From the NCBI RefSeq assembly GCF_025526975.1, contig NW_026515691.1:310001-374000 (forward strand): 64,000 nt of DNA. Direction: 5' to 3'. Source of the DNA: Fimicolochytrium jonesii. Lineage: Eukaryota. The position numbers were made by a program, and so were the translations under genes. Below the pieces are notes generated by a model. The model ran no database searches and was not told the origin of the DNA. It saw only the letters and a list, made by a program, of their open reading frames with translations. Positions 60,661 through 64,000 of the stretch are shown in pieces. The first letter of the stretch is position 1. Every line of letters begins with the position of its first letter.

Positions 60661-63600
60661 TGTTTAGCGGCGGTGGCGGGACGGACATGGTGTTGATGGG
60701 GGGGGAATGGACGATGAATGAGCGCTGATGAACGCCGACGCTGTTGCCACTCTGTGGCTCTCTCATCCCCACGCATACTCCGGCCAGAGCTTCACATCTG
60801 GAGTCCCCTTTACGAAGCAAATACCCTCTCCTGTAGAAACACAATCCCCGGAGTTTGCAAATCATCTGAGATCCTTTCACTCCCTCCTCATCAACAGCCG
60901 AGTCGCGACCCCAAATAGAGCGCATCGACATCTGGACAACGGCGATTCGCGCAAGGATGTCGGGCAACGAATCCCCGAAACTTCCATCAAGCATGGAGCC
61001 ATCAGCGTCACCAGGCCATACTCGGACGGTGAAGCCCAGTCGCGGGCCTCCTGGGACCTGGTGCGGACCCTCTGTCCACCGGACAAGACGTCCGACCCGC
61101 TATCGACACCCCTCCTCGTGGTGGGGGCCCGGAACACGCTGTAATCCGCTTTCAGACGGCGGTGCAGACCGCGGCTGCTGTGCCTGTCTCGGTTGCGTCA
61201 AAAACACGGCCCCACGCCCGAATGAATTCCGCCGACATCAACGTCCGCAAGATCCGCGATGGCCGCGCCCGAGAGATCATTCGCGCTCGCTTCTCGTTTG
61301 GCGCGCGACTACGAGTGATTCTCACCTATCGAGTCAATGAAACCAAGTGCTGCATATCCGGTGTTAACGGACTCTATTCGCGTAGAGGAAGCGTTTCTTT
61401 GTTTTATGCTGATGGGCCCTGAGACAGGACACTTAAGGCTGGCATATATATACAGTATGTGGGTGCCAAAAGCAGACTCGTTCAGCAGACTTGGGCGGCA
61501 GGTAATACTACTCGTGCGGCTCGTGTTCATGATGTAGTTTGGCCTGTCAAAACGTTAAGTGATCGCTAGCAGCGGCACAAAAACATCACCCACGAAATCG
61601 AGACGTTGCGAGGCAGACGACGAACAGCCACCACCCATCACCGCAGGACCAATGAATGGAAGTAAACTGGAAGGTTATATGCGCGATAATAAGGAGAGAC
61701 CGGCTCGGCTGCAGTTTAGTTTGCAGGAGGGCGCCAACTATCTATTTTCACTACCGTCGTATACTGTAGCCATCCAGGAAAAAGAAGTGTCGATCATTGA
61801 ATGACAGGATGCCGTACATTCGGTACCGACCCGCACCTGGGATCACCGTCCCATTCCCGGATCCAAAGCTTACAGAGCTCTGGGGGCGAAGACGAGAACT
61901 CGGTGCAAGGCTTGCTCGCGGTAGTTAAATCACCAGCCTCTAATATCACGTGACACATACAACACCGTAAAATCATGGAATCTCCCTATGCAATTTTGCG
62001 TCTTCGTCGCCGTCGCAGACTCGCAAGACGTCGCCCGGTCACACAGGCAAAACGGGATCGCCCACCGCCTGCCATTGGTCGGGCACTGAGGCCGATTTTA
62101 CAGAAATGCGCAGGGATATACCTTTTGCAGGAAGGACAACTTGAAGGAAAAAAAAAAACTGGGTTTCCATACCAAATGAGGCTGAGTTTCCCAAACCAAC
62201 AAAAGTTGCACATGAATTGGGGCAGACCGCACACAGTGTCATCAATGGCCGGCCGGGGCACGGGTGAGTCAGCTGTGGTGGCCATATGCAAACAACGACT
62301 GCAAACACCTCGGTACCACCGTCCGGCCAATGTTGGTGATGTTTGATCAAAGCGAACGCCCAGATATCTCATTGTTGTCTGATAGGAGATAGATGTGCAT
62401 GCATGCTCCTTCTCGCATGCCGACCGATAGTGGCAGAGTGCTACGAGATGTCGGTGGGTGAGTTTATCCTTGGACCGGGGGCTCATCCTCCTCGGCGAGC
62501 ATTGGCTGCGTGATATGGACAACTCCTACGCCGCCGGTGATGATGATGTGGTATGCAAAAGCCCGTCGTGGGGTCCGGGTACAAGTAATTTTTTTTTTGG
62601 TTGTCGCCTCCATATCCACGACATCAGTTCCTATTGACAGGTTTCCAAATCGGTAAAAACGAGCTTACACTGGGATGCCACTCCAGTTGGTGCACGTCTT
62701 TGAGCCCTTTGCCTTGTTGGCACCCTTAATTGTTGCGACTCATTTGTGGCTACTTGCTCCCTCGCTGCTTGCTGCTGTGCTGGTTGGTGTCGCCTGCTCG
62801 CAGGGCCTGGTTTTCGTTCGGAGGCTCTCAGAACAGGGTTCTCAACTTACGTCTTCAACACAACGTGTCTCTCTCCTTCAGGACCCTTCACCGTTTACGT
62901 CGTTGAGATATCCCATATTAGAACTCGACGAGCACTCGGCCGCGCAGCACCGGCATTCGATTCACCGTTTTTCTTCCGACTCGAGCTGGAGGATTCACGG
63001 AATCAGGAACAATTCAAATCGGTAGCGATCACCCGTTTAGCATCCCATCAGCCCAGCAATTAGAGACACCCACCAGTAATCACTTAGAACAAGAGAGGTT
63101 AGTTCCCAAGCATCTGCAGACGGTGGAGTTGGAAACGTGCATCACCGCGCAGTTACCTTGAAGTTTGTACGCTCTCCAGGCCTCACTCAAACTTATTTTA
63201 CATCGAACAGACTCGCAGCGAACATCCCCCAAAATCTCACGGATTGATTACCCGCCGTTGTCTACAGAAAAAAGGCGGACGCAGCTATAGGTTGTTGAAC
63301 TGGAGCTGCCTTCGCCAAAACTTACAGCCATCAGGCCTCCATCGCCTTGAACCCTGTGTTTGGACCAACAGTCATGACCACACCCAGCGATTCCCCAAAT
63401 TCGCCAGCTGGACCTGCGCCTTCGACTGAAAAAAGCCAGGAGGGCACAATAGATACTCCTCCAGTGCTCACACCGGTTAGCCTGTCGGCACCGTCGTCTC
63501 CATCACAGAACACTGGCTCGTCGTCGGTGATGCCCGTCCGTAACGCAACATACCCTCAACAAGCGGTGGACCAGCAGCAACCTCAGCAGTCGCAGTCTTC

Positions 63601-64000
63601 AGGGTGGGAAGGTTATCAGTATGCCCCAGCTCAACAACAATCGCAACAGCCACCGCAGGAGCAGTCTCAGCAGCGGTCAGAACAACCTCAACCAATACCA
63701 TACCCGCGGGAGGAGGACAAAGGCGGAGAGCAGTCTAGGATTTTGGAGCAGGCGAGGATAACGGAACAGCAACGGCAACATGTGGTCCAGCATTACCAGA
63801 ACCTGGTGGCTCAGCGTCAACAGCAAGCACAGCATCACCTTCAACAACAACAGCAATCACAACAGGCACAAAGTGCGTCAGCGCAAAGTCGGAATTCGTC
63901 GCCACTGCAGCTACACGCTCAGATCCCAGTGCAGCAACAGCAGCCAGGGCAGCCTCGAACATCTCAAATGCAATCTCCATCAACGGGGCAAACGATCCAA

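Overview
Gene-dense, intron-containing eukaryotic DNA with short GT-AG introns (mostly about 50-170 nt). It most likely comes from a zoosporic (chytrid-type) fungus: fungal-type genes (Zn2Cys6 transcription factor, proteinase K-type subtilisin, Pmp3) sit beside a flagellar SPAG8-like gene and animal-like CIP2A and DHTKD1. About 22 protein genes are supported: subtilisin, SDR, a Cache-HAMP membrane receptor, CIP2A-like, MRPS9, SPAG8-like, NmrA-like, ABCF2/ARB1, PA-RING E3, DHTKD1, a Ran1-like kinase, RBM39, SDH2, LSM4, a Zn2Cys6 TF, PMP3, REEP/HVA22, Argonaute, ACBD6-like, NudE and two orphans. PMP3 and REEP are largely invisible in the ORF track. The main unusual observations are four. (1) A U1 snRNA gene of about 327 nt with a greatly expanded stem-loop III and a variant 5' end. 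(2) A frameshifted, intronless ORF that resembles a negative-strand RNA virus (qin-like) nucleocapsid, inside a roughly 3.5 kb decayed island about 3 kb from Argonaute. (3) Two oversized introns (394 and 390 nt) in unrelated genes that share a sense-strand array of GCGNAGC-type mini-hairpins. (4) A bacterial-style Cache-HAMP receptor with no output domain. All family assignments come from motif recall, not database searches, and spans of spliced genes were inferred by eye.
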